Positions 1-8,436 of a DNA stretch of 27,458 nt are shown piece by piece. Within the stretch, counting starts at the first letter, position 1. Each line of letters starts with the position of its first letter. Made by a program: the position numbers and the translations under genes. A model generated the notes under the pieces. It searched no databases. It was given only the letters and a program-made list of their open reading frames with translations, and had not been told where the DNA came from. Source of the DNA: a virus (Duplodnaviria > Heunggongvirae > Uroviricota > Caudoviricetes); the IMG/VR virus record IMGVR_UViG_2703718852_000003, positions 1-27,458 of that record. One strand, 5' to 3'.

Positions 1-319
1 TTGCCTCCCCCCCGTTGATGGGTAAAATAGCCGCAATTTTTCGTTTTCAACAAGCGCGGCGCGATGCCGCTTACTCAAGAAGAAAGAATTATGACGTTGT
101 CTCCTTATTTGCAAGAGGTGGCGAAGCGCCGCACTTTTGCCATTATTTCTCACCCCAATAATTAAGCCCAATTTAAAGCTCTTTTATTCTTTCAAAATCC
201 TTTCAGTTAATTGAGGTTGAGTCATATAACTCATTTAAATACATTTGGTTATGTGGCTTCTTTAATTGAAAATTCTTTCATGTAGCTTTAAATCGATCAG
301 GTTGCTTTCATCAAAAATC

Positions 320-376
320 TGTACATATGCTTGTACATAATGTACAAAGCAGCAGAGGTGTTTTGCGATTTGTACA
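320..376. promoter_or_regulatory. Four copies of the palindromic hexamer TGTACA (320, 332, 341, 371) directly upstream of the integrase start; possible int promoter or recombination-protein binding sites
   Basis: Repeats read directly from the sequence; function is inferred from their position 10-65 bp upstream of the int ATG. Confidence 0.3.
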
Positions 377-385
377 AGGTGAGTA

Positions 386-1609
386 ATGGCGCTGTCTGAT
401 GCGTGGTTGCGTTCAGTCGTTGGAAAGGAACGTGATAAGGTTTTGGTTAAATCCGATCGTGATGGTCTGTCTGTCAGAGTATCACCGAAAGGTCGCGTAG
501 TGTTCCAATATCGTTATCAATGGGCAGGGAAAGGTGAGCGTCTTGATATCGGAACTTACCCGGCAACTGGATTAAAAGAGGCCAGAGAAGAAGTTATTCG
601 TCTCCGTGGTGAACTTGAGTCAAACCGTAATCCACGATTTGTCAAGCAGGCTGAAAAACGAAAAGCTACTGAAGCCATGACGGTAGAGTCTGTGATCCGT
701 GCCTGGTATGAAGCATATTGTGTAAAAAATAAAAAAGGTTCTGAACAGATACTCCGCTCGTTTGAGCTGCACCTGTTCTCTAAAATCGGGAATATCCCTC
801 ACGATGCAGCTACATTGCATGATTGGTTAGAAGTCCTGGAGCCTCTTAGCACTAAGACTCCAGCAATAGCAGACCGATTGCTAATTAACGCAAAGCAGGC
901 CCATGTCTGGGCGTATAAGAGAAAGCTCATTGAAACTCGCCCGCTGTCGGATATCACGGGTAAAGATATGGATATCCGTAAAGGTCAGAAGAAACGGTTT
1001 CTGACACATGATGAAATTAAAATCCTTTATGCTGCGATCGATGGTTCTCGAATGGTTCCTAAATACCGGGCCTTCATTAAGCTATTGCTGCATTTTGGCT
1101 GCCGTAGTTCAGAGCTAATTACTGCCAGGGTGGACGATTTTGATTTCATTAATAAGGTATGGACTGTACCACCAGAACGACATAAGACTGGGGAGATAAC
1201 AGGCGAACCGCTAAAGAGGCCCATTATTGAACCGGTGGAGGAGCTTATAAAGAACGCTATCTCTATGAACAATGGTTCCGATATGCTTTTTACTAAGGAA
1301 GGAAGCAGGGAACCCGTTGGTCGAACATCATTGCAGTCGCTGCCTTACAATTTAATGCAGTACGCATGGCGGAGTTTGGGGTATCAATTCCCTCATTGGT
1401 CTCTTCATGATTTGAGGCGAACAGCACGAACAAACTTTTCTGATCTTACTGCTCCTCATATTGCAGAAATAATGCTCGGCCATAAACTGCCAGGGGTTTG
1501 GCAGGTTTATGACAAGAGCGATTATCTAGAAGAACAGCGTAAAGCCTACCAGGCGTGGTGGGAGAGGGTTGAATCGATCATTACTTGTGCTAGCTCAGAC
1601 CCCAACTGA
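386..1609 (+). CDS. int: Tyrosine-type site-specific integrase (phage integrase family)
   Basis: 407 aa ORF with AGGTGA ribosome-binding site; C-terminal catalytic region HDLRRTARTNFSDL ... LGHKLPGVWQVYDKSDY matches the R-H-R-Y tyrosine recombinase signature; lies at the prophage end next to an excisionase. Confidence 0.9.
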   Translation: MALSDAWLRSVVGKERDKVLVKSDRDGLSVRVSPKGRVVFQYRYQWAGKGERLDIGTYPATGLKEAREEVIRLRGELESNRNPRFVKQAEKRKATEAMTVESVIRAWYEAYCVKNKKGSEQILRSFELHLFSKIGNIPHDAATLHDWLEVLEPLSTKTPAIADRLLINAKQAHVWAYKRKLIETRPLSDITGKDMDIRKGQKKRFLTHDEIKILYAAIDGSRMVPKYRAFIKLLLHFGCRSSELITARVDDFDFINKVWTVPPERHKTGEITGEPLKRPIIEPVEELIKNAISMNNGSDMLFTKEGSREPVGRTSLQSLPYNLMQYAWRSLGYQFPHWSLHDLRRTARTNFSDLTAPHIAEIMLGHKLPGVWQVYDKSDYLEEQRKAYQAWWERVESIITCASSDPN

Positions 1610-1763
1610 TAGTCTGTTTTGTCGGAATACTTACAATTTCTCATTCAAGTTAGTTAAGTGGTATTTTACAAATGGAGACAATGTAATGTCTGGTCAAAAT
1701 AACAGCGACGAGATTTGCAATTGATTAGTGGCAGGTTTGGTTCTAATAACATAGGAGTTATTG

Positions 1764-2579
1764 ATGCAGAGCGAGATAATCACGCAGAAAAATGGGAAAG
1801 GTATATTTGATCGAAAGGCTTGGTTAACAGAGTCTAAAAAACTGTATTTATCTGCGAAGCTGTTGAGAAGTGAAGGTGAGCGAAACAAAAAATTGCTTCG
1901 GGCAGCAAGTAAGAAATCTCCTATTGTTCATGAATACATCGATATCGCATCGGCAACTGATCAAACTAGCAGACTTATGTTGGGGTATGCTTTTGAAATG
2001 TTGTTAAAGTCAGCGATTCTTCTAATGAATCTCGGTGCGAGAAAAAAAGCTATTGAAAATGAGTTTTGTAATTATGGGCATAAACTTGATTGTATGGCTG
2101 TTGATTTAGGTTTGCCATTAACCGTTGACGAACTGAAGTTATTGAAAGTTGCGTCTCGAGATATAGTTTTAAATGCTCGATATCCTATTGGAATAGTGGA
2201 TGATAATAAATATATAACAGAGTTGAATGAAAGAAATATTCAGTTGGCAGATGAAAATATTTTTAGGGATATGGTCAGTCTGTATGACAAAATAAAAAGT
2301 ATAGTTGCTAAGTTTGATAATGATGTAGCGAATTGTGCAAATTTCAATATGCTTAGATTGAGTGAGTTTACTCTCTTTATGCGGAATGGTGGTGGACTAT
2401 CATCAAGAGCAATAGTTATCTTTTCGGATAAATTTCCAGAAGTCAGTAAACGCAAGTCATATTTAAAAAAAGCTATCGAAGAACATGCAGGCAAAGTGGC
2501 TTTTTTATATACTTACCGCTGGTCTTCGTTTTCATTCTTTGAAGACACAGGTAAAAAACTTATCCCGCTTGTGGAGTAG
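1764..2579 (+). CDS. Hypothetical protein, AT-rich cargo (moron) ORF between int and xis
   Basis: Long ORF with AGGAG ribosome-binding site 5 nt upstream of the ATG; visibly lower GC than flanking phage genes; no family recognised by eye. Confidence 0.6.
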   Translation: MQSEIITQKNGKGIFDRKAWLTESKKLYLSAKLLRSEGERNKKLLRAASKKSPIVHEYIDIASATDQTSRLMLGYAFEMLLKSAILLMNLGARKKAIENEFCNYGHKLDCMAVDLGLPLTVDELKLLKVASRDIVLNARYPIGIVDDNKYITELNERNIQLADENIFRDMVSLYDKIKSIVAKFDNDVANCANFNMLRLSEFTLFMRNGGGLSSRAIVIFSDKFPEVSKRKSYLKKAIEEHAGKVAFLYTYRWSSFSFFEDTGKKLIPLVE

Positions 2580-2714
2580 TACAGATGAGCTGTGTCCCGT
2601 TGATTATTTTATACTTATGTTAGTAGTATCTTCTTTTGGCACAGAGCAGGTAGTTAGATTAGGTTTGACTCTGTGCCATAGTGGTGTGTCAGCTTACATC
2701 TGATCTAAGGCATA

Positions 2715-2909
2715 TTACTCAATGACTCCTGCAAACCTGTAAATCTTTTGTGATGCCCATTTATTTGGGCAGGATTTAATATCAGGATCTGGAAAGTCTG
2801 GTCTGTATTTCTTGCCAGTTCTCCGGTTTACGCTGTTCCAGCGAAGCACCGTCGATATTGAAACGCCACAGAATTCGGCGACTTGTTTTGTTGTCATTAA
2901 GTTGTTCAT
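2715..2909 (-). CDS. xis: Excisionase / AlpA-like DNA-binding protein
   Basis: 64 aa; N-terminal MNNLMTTKQVAEFCGVSISTVLRW is the helix-turn-helix typical of phage excisionase/AlpA family; adjacent to int. Confidence 0.7.
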   Translation of the reverse strand: MNNLMTTKQVAEFCGVSISTVLRWNSVNRRTGKKYRPDFPDPDIKSCPNKWASQKIYRFAGVIE

Positions 2910-3520
2910 TAATTTACCTCCTGCGGCGGCTCCGGTAGCGGTATCCAGTGGGTTACATTGCGGCTCTGCGTTTCGAAGAACTCCTCACCATTGCGGACAA
3001 CATCAAAAAACTCACCGTCTCGATATTGCGCATAAAGAACGAATGCGCCATCACATAAAATAATTACGTGCTGACCGTCCTCTGGCATTCGCTCACTACA
3101 GCTTATCCAACCATCCGGAGTTACAGGAGGGTTGCCCGACAGCTTGTTCAACTTGTAAGTCTGGCTTACAGGTTCGGCACCATGAAGCATGACGGCGCGG
3201 CAGGCGTTCCAGCCTTCATCAAAGCCGACTATGCCATTATTTAAAGACGGAAGAGCATCCGGCACCACCGACACTGGCTGAGCCATATATAGCGGCTGAA
3301 CATACCAGCCCTTTGATAACCAACTGTCAGCAATGTTTTTGCTCCTGGTTATTGCCGGAATACCTAAGCCATTGTCTGAATGAAGCCACGCCACCGGCTC
3401 TGCTTCCAGTGATGCCAGAGCAATTTCATAAGCACGGCGCTCAACATTGTCTCGCACGTCTAAGCTGCCGATTCGTTCTTTGATTTCTTTAATCAGTTCC
3501 TTATCGGTGAAAGTGGTCAT
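2909..3520 (-). CDS. DUF551 domain protein
   Basis: 203 aa; C-terminal THWIPLPEPP motif characteristic of DUF551 proteins in lambdoid early-left operons. Confidence 0.7.
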   Translation of the reverse strand: MTTFTDKELIKEIKERIGSLDVRDNVERRAYEIALASLEAEPVAWLHSDNGLGIPAITRSKNIADSWLSKGWYVQPLYMAQPVSVVPDALPSLNNGIVGFDEGWNACRAVMLHGAEPVSQTYKLNKLSGNPPVTPDGWISCSERMPEDGQHVIILCDGAFVLYAQYRDGEFFDVVRNGEEFFETQSRNVTHWIPLPEPPQEVN

Positions 3521-3882
3521 TATGCTCCAGCCTCCGGTGCTTTTGGCATTACTGCCCAGTGAGTGATATTGACGTTTTCAAGGTCCCCGACCTGAAATGT
3601 CCACTGCCATTCTCCGGTTTCTTTTTGTCCCCAGGTGTACCAGAGAGAACGCCAGCCAATTAGCCAGCCTTCTCCGTTAGCATCGAATAACAAAACACTT
3701 TCATTTGCTGGTGGCAGTTCAGTTGACACTGGTATTACTTTGTTTTCCTGTGCTGCACATTTAGCTTCAAGCGCATCGAATTTACGCACCAGGTATTCAG
3801 CATCTGTTTCATTTACTTTCAGATCTCGCGGTACACATCTCCCACGAAGAAACCCTTCCATTTCGAAAACATTCATGCGCAT
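3520..3882 (-). CDS. DUF551 domain protein (second copy)
   Basis: 120 aa; C-terminal ITHWAVMPKAP motif; tandem with the previous DUF551 gene. Confidence 0.65.
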   Translation of the reverse strand: MRMNVFEMEGFLRGRCVPRDLKVNETDAEYLVRKFDALEAKCAAQENKVIPVSTELPPANESVLLFDANGEGWLIGWRSLWYTWGQKETGEWQWTFQVGDLENVNITHWAVMPKAPEAGA

Positions 3883-4409
3883 TTGCGTAACTCCGATAAC
3901 TCGTTAAAGCGTTCCATAAACATCCCGTAGGCATGGCCCGGTGCCAGTGGAATCACGTTGAACATCTCTGTTGCCGGGATACCTTCCAGTACAGGCCAGA
4001 AAGAGCCATCATCAAGCCCGAGATCGCGGCGTTCGGTTGCCAGCATGATGAGATCGGCATATTTCACGGGCGTACTCATAACTGGGGGTAACCCGTATTT
4101 CTCACGGATTACGGCGTCTATTTTTTCTTCCATTTGTTTATAGTCAGGAAGAAGGCGTTTCAGTGGTGCGGGAATGTCCAGGCAATACGCTTCTGTTGCA
4201 TCATGCATTAACGCTTCAAAAGCAAATTCCTGCGGCACCAACTGGCTGCAAAGAACCGCATGTTGGGCGACGCTGTAGAAGTGCGAAAGATGACCGGCAA
4301 AGCGACAGATATTTGAAAGGGAAACCGCGATATCGTTAATATCGATGTCGTCTTTATTTATCCTGTCATAATAAAAATGCTTCCCGGAAAAAGTTTTAAT
4401 AAATGACAT
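3873..4409 (-). CDS. HD-domain metal-dependent phosphohydrolase (YfbR-like 5'-deoxynucleotidase family)
   Basis: Conserved H ... HD motif (AQHAV ... LMHDATEAY); start set at the second ATG (MSFIKTF), which has a GGAGAA ribosome-binding site 4 nt upstream; the longer ORF-track start lacks one. Confidence 0.7.
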   Translation of the reverse strand: MSFIKTFSGKHFYYDRINKDDIDINDIAVSLSNICRFAGHLSHFYSVAQHAVLCSQLVPQEFAFEALMHDATEAYCLDIPAPLKRLLPDYKQMEEKIDAVIREKYGLPPVMSTPVKYADLIMLATERRDLGLDDGSFWPVLEGIPATEMFNVIPLAPGHAYGMFMERFNELSELRKCA

Positions 4410-4536
4410 TTTGTTCTCCACGTATATGCGCTGCACCGCGCTGAATTTTGGTTAAAGAAAACCCTCGCCATCAGGCGATTATTGAGTTAATTACGTTTCC
4501 ATAAATGCCCCCGCAGGGGCATTTGCAGTAATGAAA

Positions 4537-5361
4537 TCAGGCGGTGAAAGTACCAATAAAGGTTTCTACTTTGCTGTCTTTGAATTTTTCAACAAGCAGA
4601 TTACGAAATTCGTTAGCCATTTCTTCCTGTACTGCTTCCAGCTGAATAATGCGCAGAACCAGTACAGGGCGATCACCAGTGATAATGCTGAGGCGTAATT
4701 TAAACGGACGTTCTTTCAGGCCTTCAAACGGAACGCATTTAAACTCAAATGCTACTGGCATAATGTCTTTGGTTTTCGCTTCGACAGACTCCATCAGAGA
4801 GCGTTTGCCGCTGAAGTCATTGTCTTCAAAATCAGCGGTCTGGTTTGCTTCAATCGTGATTTTACGGACCGCCGCAGCCGCTTTTGTTGCCTGAATGGCG
4901 TCACCATTAGCATCAAAGCCCACAAGGTAGTCGGCCCAGTCTTCAATCCATTCTGCCAGTGACTTCTGGGAGTTACGCTCGCCGTTAACAGACAACAGGG
5001 CAGAGAACGGTGCTGTCTTTTTCAGTTTGAGAGTGGCGGTGTTATCTGCGTGACCTGGTTCATCAATAGTACCCAGGTTAAGCACACTGACGGCTCGCAT
5101 ATTATCAGCATCGATAAAGCAGCGGGTGCCTTCATCTGCAAGATCTTTAGAATAACGGGTAAAGTCATCGATGCTGGCAGTGGAAAGCGCACCACGGAAA
5201 CGGAAGCGATTTAAATTAAATTTTTCCAGATCATGAATGCGGAAATTCTCAGGCAATGCCACAGCATCGGCACCAATCTTACTGATAATTTCATTAACAC
5301 CCTGAGCAGAAATAAGGGCATGGATTTGATTAATTGCGGTTGCGTCTAAGTTCTGAGACAT
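4537..5361 (-). CDS. YfdQ-like protein (DUF2303 family, recalled from E. coli CPS-53 prophage)
   Basis: 274 aa ORF; recognised from memory as resembling YfdQ; not verified by search. Confidence 0.6.
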   Translation of the reverse strand: MSQNLDATAINQIHALISAQGVNEIISKIGADAVALPENFRIHDLEKFNLNRFRFRGALSTASIDDFTRYSKDLADEGTRCFIDADNMRAVSVLNLGTIDEPGHADNTATLKLKKTAPFSALLSVNGERNSQKSLAEWIEDWADYLVGFDANGDAIQATKAAAAVRKITIEANQTADFEDNDFSGKRSLMESVEAKTKDIMPVAFEFKCVPFEGLKERPFKLRLSIITGDRPVLVLRIIQLEAVQEEMANEFRNLLVEKFKDSKVETFIGTFTA

Positions 5362-5426
5362 AATAAGTCCTCACTATATAAAGATATTCAGTGATGAGAT
5401 AAATAATCAGTTAATTAAGAACGATA

Positions 5427-5789
5427 TTAATGACCTGCTGCGCGGAGTTTTCCGTCAGGTTCACCGGCAAGAGTCAGTAATTGTCCCTGGTCTTCCTGCA
5501 GAATAGTCAGGCGACCACCGCGATTGACATACATCGGCGTTTCGGTGGTGTCTTCTTCGGAAATTTTCCCGCGGTTAGTCGGGCGAACATATGAGAGTTT
5601 GTGTTTGATTTTCACACGGTTCTCATCAAATGGTTCGATTTCCAGGTTGAGTGAGACCTTACCTTTGGTTTTCGTGTTCATCACACCGGAAGCGACTTCA
5701 CTGAGAACTGCGCCGATTTTGGTTTCAAATACGCCGCCGTCCAGCTCCCCGATAAATGCCTGCACATCAGTACTGCGTTCGCTAGCCAT
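5427..5789 (-). CDS. YfdP-like small early protein
   Basis: Start placed at the internal ATG (MASERSTDV...) preceded by AGGAG; the 77-codon upstream extension in the ORF track is Cys/Pro-rich and overlaps strong RNA stem-loops, so it is probably leader, not coding. Confidence 0.55.
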   Translation of the reverse strand: MASERSTDVQAFIGELDGGVFETKIGAVLSEVASGVMNTKTKGKVSLNLEIEPFDENRVKIKHKLSYVRPTNRGKISEEDTTETPMYVNRGGRLTILQEDQGQLLTLAGEPDGKLRAAGH

Positions 5790-5837
5790 TTTGCTGCTCC
5801 TCATCATATCGACCCTGTAAGGTCGGTTAGTTTCTCC

Positions 5838-5972
5838 ACAAAACAGAGAAGAACACCTGCGGTGGCAGCCGCCCGGATGGATTGGGTTATGAGCCCGTCG
5901 TCCGGTGATGCTCTTCTCTGTTTTGTAAAAAGAGCGGTACCAGCCGGAAGCAAGGGTACAAACTGGTACCGC
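5838..5972 (-). repeat. Two adjacent strong inverted repeats in the leader of the leftward early operon: 15-bp perfect stem (5838-5852 with 5912-5926) and 10-bp perfect stem (5934-5943 with 5963-5972)
   Basis: Perfect reverse-complement arms read directly from the sequence; located in a roughly 700-bp GC-rich ORF-poor region between the operator sites and the first early-left gene. Confidence 0.5.
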
Positions 5973-6397
5973 CAAAGCAGTGGCTGTTGTGGTGGGGTTG
6001 TCACTCAGGCGTATGGTCAACCTGACAATCCGGTGTCCTCAACGGGGAAAGAGTAACCCCGCCATACTTACCGCCGCGCCATTTCGCGGATTACCACAAC
6101 GCTGAGAGCACTTAGCCAGTTACGGCACCACACTTTGTCGCGGCTCCATAAATGCCCTCATCGTTGCACCCTGGTCTCTTCCCAGGCGTCAAACCGAATC
6201 GCCACGCTGGTTAGGCGTCTTATCAGCATCATCATTGACTTGCACATTCCGGCTACCTGGTTTGTTTGCCCGAGCAAGGAGTGGATTGTCCCCTTTAACG
6301 TCCCCAGACCGCTAACGACGCATGTGCCATACGCCGTGTTACAACCAAATTTTGTTAGTACCTTGTTTGTTTGTCTGGAAAGAAAGATAAAATGAAG

Positions 6398-6436
6398 TTG
6401 CGCATTATGCAAGTGTTTTTGTTGCGAGATATGCAA
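6398..6436. promoter_or_regulatory. Putative leftward operator pair: TTGCGCATTATGCAA (6398-6412) and TTGCGAGATATGCAA (6422-6436)
   Basis: Same TTGCG-N-GCAA pattern recurs in the cI-cro intergenic region (TTGCGCGTTAAGCAA at 7205-7219); position fits an OL/pL region downstream of the cI terminator. Confidence 0.4.
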
Positions 6437-6450
6437 TTTAAAGGGTAATG

Positions 6451-6470
6451 AAAAGCCACCTTTGGGTGGC
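6451..6470 (-). terminator. Rho-independent terminator downstream of the repressor gene
   Basis: GCCACC-CAAA-GGTGGC hairpin followed by TTTT on the minus strand, about 20 bp after the cI stop. Confidence 0.5.
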
Positions 6471-6491
6471 TAATTGATGAGGAGGTAAGGG

Positions 6492-7184
6492 TTAATTGTG
6501 TCGCTTAAGGGTTTGTGACTGGCTGATTAAGACCTTTCCAAAGACCATAAACCGGTGTTCATTTTCGCTGGTAATTCCCCATTCACGGTAAATCTGGTTA
6601 TCAGAAATCACCAGTAGTTTGTCAGGTATCATTTGCAGTCGTTTGACATAAATTTTATCATCAAAACCAAATACATAGATACCATCTCCATCAAACTGAT
6701 TGATACTGACATCAACGAAGATGAGATCTCCTGGCTCAATGGTTGGACACATACTGTCCCCACGAACGTTGATAACTTTAATGTGATTGGCTGGCCGTCC
6801 GCCAAACATCGATACAGCATTATCAGTTCTGTATTCAATGGCATGAATCACATCAATGACATCACCGCCCTGGATAAGGCCATTTCCCGCACTGGCACTG
6901 ACATCCAGCATTTCAATACGGAATACATCCTTCACCTGCGCAACATCCTCACTAATACTGTTTTTACATACAGTATTACTTTTGACGTCTGAGGTAAAGA
7001 GATCAGCAATATCAACACCTAAGCTCCTGGCAATATTACTCAGGGCTTGTTCAGTGAATTGTTTCTGCTTACCTGTTTCCAGGCGTGAGATATTCGCCGC
7101 ATCCACTCCTATTGCTTCAGCGAGATCGGCGATTTTCATGTTCTTCGCCTGGCGAAGTTGTCTGACTCGGTTTCCTATGTTCAT
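6492..7184 (-). CDS. cI: CI-like prophage repressor (XRE-type helix-turn-helix plus S24 LexA-like self-cleaving peptidase domain)
   Basis: N-terminal helix-turn-helix (VRQLRQAKNMKIADLAEAIGVDAANISRLETGK); C-terminal S24 catalytic dyad GDSM ... KRL; divergent from a cro-like gene. Confidence 0.9.
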   Translation of the reverse strand: MNIGNRVRQLRQAKNMKIADLAEAIGVDAANISRLETGKQKQFTEQALSNIARSLGVDIADLFTSDVKSNTVCKNSISEDVAQVKDVFRIEMLDVSASAGNGLIQGGDVIDVIHAIEYRTDNAVSMFGGRPANHIKVINVRGDSMCPTIEPGDLIFVDVSINQFDGDGIYVFGFDDKIYVKRLQMIPDKLLVISDNQIYREWGITSENEHRFMVFGKVLISQSQTLKRHN

Positions 7185-7204
7185 GCGTTTATTACATTTC
7201 TTTA

Positions 7205-7267
7205 TTGCGCGTTAAGCAAATCAACTTGCGCAAAATATTTGCGTGAAATAATATGCTTATCACGCAA
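7205..7267. promoter_or_regulatory. Operator/promoter region between cI and cro: TTGCGCGTTAAGCAA, palindrome TTGCGCAA, and inverted repeat TTGCGTGA-N13-TCACGCAA
   Basis: Repeated TTGCG half-sites read from the sequence in the 97-bp divergent intergenic region. Confidence 0.45.
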
Positions 7268-7281
7268 TATGTGGAGGTTAT

Positions 7282-7542
7282 ATGCAATCACCATTACGGA
7301 ATGTGCGTAAGGCGCACGGATTTACTTTGCAGCATGTTGCTGCTGGCGTTCAGGTCAATCCAGCGACGCTGAGTCGTATTGAAAGACTGGAACAAATTCC
7401 ATCTATCGATCTTGCAGAACGTCTGGCCAATTTTTTTAAGGGTGAAATCAGCGAAATGCAGATTCTTTATCCGGCACGTTTTCAATCTAGCCAAAACCAG
7501 AATGGGTTTAAACCACAGGAACAGGAGGTAAGCCGTGGGTAA
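7282..7542 (+). CDS. cro: Cro-like helix-turn-helix regulator
   Basis: 86 aa, helix-turn-helix (FTLQHVAAGVQVNPATLSRIERLEQIPSIDLAERLA); first gene of the rightward operon, divergent from cI. Confidence 0.7.
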   Translation: MQSPLRNVRKAHGFTLQHVAAGVQVNPATLSRIERLEQIPSIDLAERLANFFKGEISEMQILYPARFQSSQNQNGFKPQEQEVSRG

Positions 7543-8092
7543 TCATCACTGGAAAGTGGAAAAACAGCCTGAGTGGTACGTGAAAGCTGTCAGAAAAACT
7601 ATCGCGGCGTTGCCGGGGGGTTACGCTGAAGCTGCTGAGTGGCTGGATGTAACAGAGAACGCATTATTTAACCGCCTTCGTGCCGATGGCGATCAGATTT
7701 TCCCGCTGGGATGGGCAATGATTTTACAACGTGCTGGTGGCACTCACTTCATTGCCGACGCTGTGGCGCAGTCTGCAAATGGCGTCTTTGTGTCTCTTCC
7801 TGACGTCGAGGATGTGGACAATGCCGATATTAACCAGCGTTTACTGGAAGTCATTGAACAGATCGGCAGTTATTCAAAACAGATTCGTTCGGCAATCGAA
7901 GACGGTGTAGTGGAACCGCATGAGAAGACAGCAATTAACGACGAGCTGTACCTCTCAATTTCGAAGCTGCAGGAGCATGCAGCACTTGTCTACAAAATTT
8001 TTTGCGTTTCAGAAAGTAATGACGCCCGCGAGTGTGCAGCTCCGGGCGTCGTGGCGTCGATTGCTTCTGGTTGTGGAGAAACTAACGCATGA
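7535..8092 (+). CDS. YmfL-like putative regulatory protein (cII-position gene, as in e14-type prophages)
   Basis: 185 aa, GTG start with AGGAGG ribosome-binding site; resemblance to YmfL is from memory. Confidence 0.55.
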   Translation: MGNHHWKVEKQPEWYVKAVRKTIAALPGGYAEAAEWLDVTENALFNRLRADGDQIFPLGWAMILQRAGGTHFIADAVAQSANGVFVSLPDVEDVDNADINQRLLEVIEQIGSYSKQIRSAIEDGVVEPHEKTAINDELYLSISKLQEHAALVYKIFCVSESNDARECAAPGVVASIASGCGETNA

Positions 8093-8427
8093 ACAGTTTA
8101 ACAACACACTACCGTCGCTCGCAACTGATTGCGCTTCCTGTACCGGGTGGAAAAGCGAAGGTGGAGTATTGCTATGCAGTAAATGTACCAGGTGACAGGG
8201 AAATTGTAACCCACAGCTTTGCTGAGTGGGCTGTGGGGGATTTCAACCGGCAGAAGGAGACAGTCCTTTGCGACAAGTTAACCGCTGGTTCAAAGATCAC
8301 TACGGAGTGCCCGTCAGAGTCATTCGTTGGGAGCCGGAAACACAACGGGTTATCTACCTCCGTGAAGGCTATGAGCATGAGTGCTTCAGCCCGCTCGAAC
8401 AGTTTCGTCGTAAATTCAGGGAAATAG
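8089..8427 (+). CDS. YmfM-like hypothetical protein (reading frame uncertain in its 3' half)
   Basis: 112 aa ORF coupled to the upstream gene; its C-terminal third is Ser-rich and low-complexity, while an overlapping frame (8226..8447) looks more protein-like. Confidence 0.4.
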   Translation: MNSLTTHYRRSQLIALPVPGGKAKVEYCYAVNVPGDREIVTHSFAEWAVGDFNRQKETVLCDKLTAGSKITTECPSESFVGSRKHNGLSTSVKAMSMSASARSNSFVVNSGK

Positions 8428-8436
8428 AGGTCGGTC

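Noticed and set aside
1-385. Attachment site or tRNA/host gene 3' end upstream of int
   Set aside because: No tRNA-like sequence or recognisable host gene end visible; att core cannot be defined without the other prophage end.
2485-2703. 72-aa plus-strand ORF downstream of the cargo gene
   Set aside because: No ribosome-binding site, hydrophobic low-complexity translation, overlaps the 3' end of the cargo gene; likely non-coding.
5790-6020. N-terminal 77-codon extension of the YfdP-like ORF
   Set aside because: Internal ATG has an AGGAG ribosome-binding site; the extension is Cys/Pro/Thr-rich and coincides with the inverted repeats.
6135-6436. ORFs of 86 aa (plus) and 92 aa (minus) in the leader region, considered as a possible N-like antiterminator
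   Set aside because: No Arg-rich N-terminal motif, no ribosome-binding site, Cys-rich odd composition, mutually overlapping; the region is better explained as structured non-coding leader.
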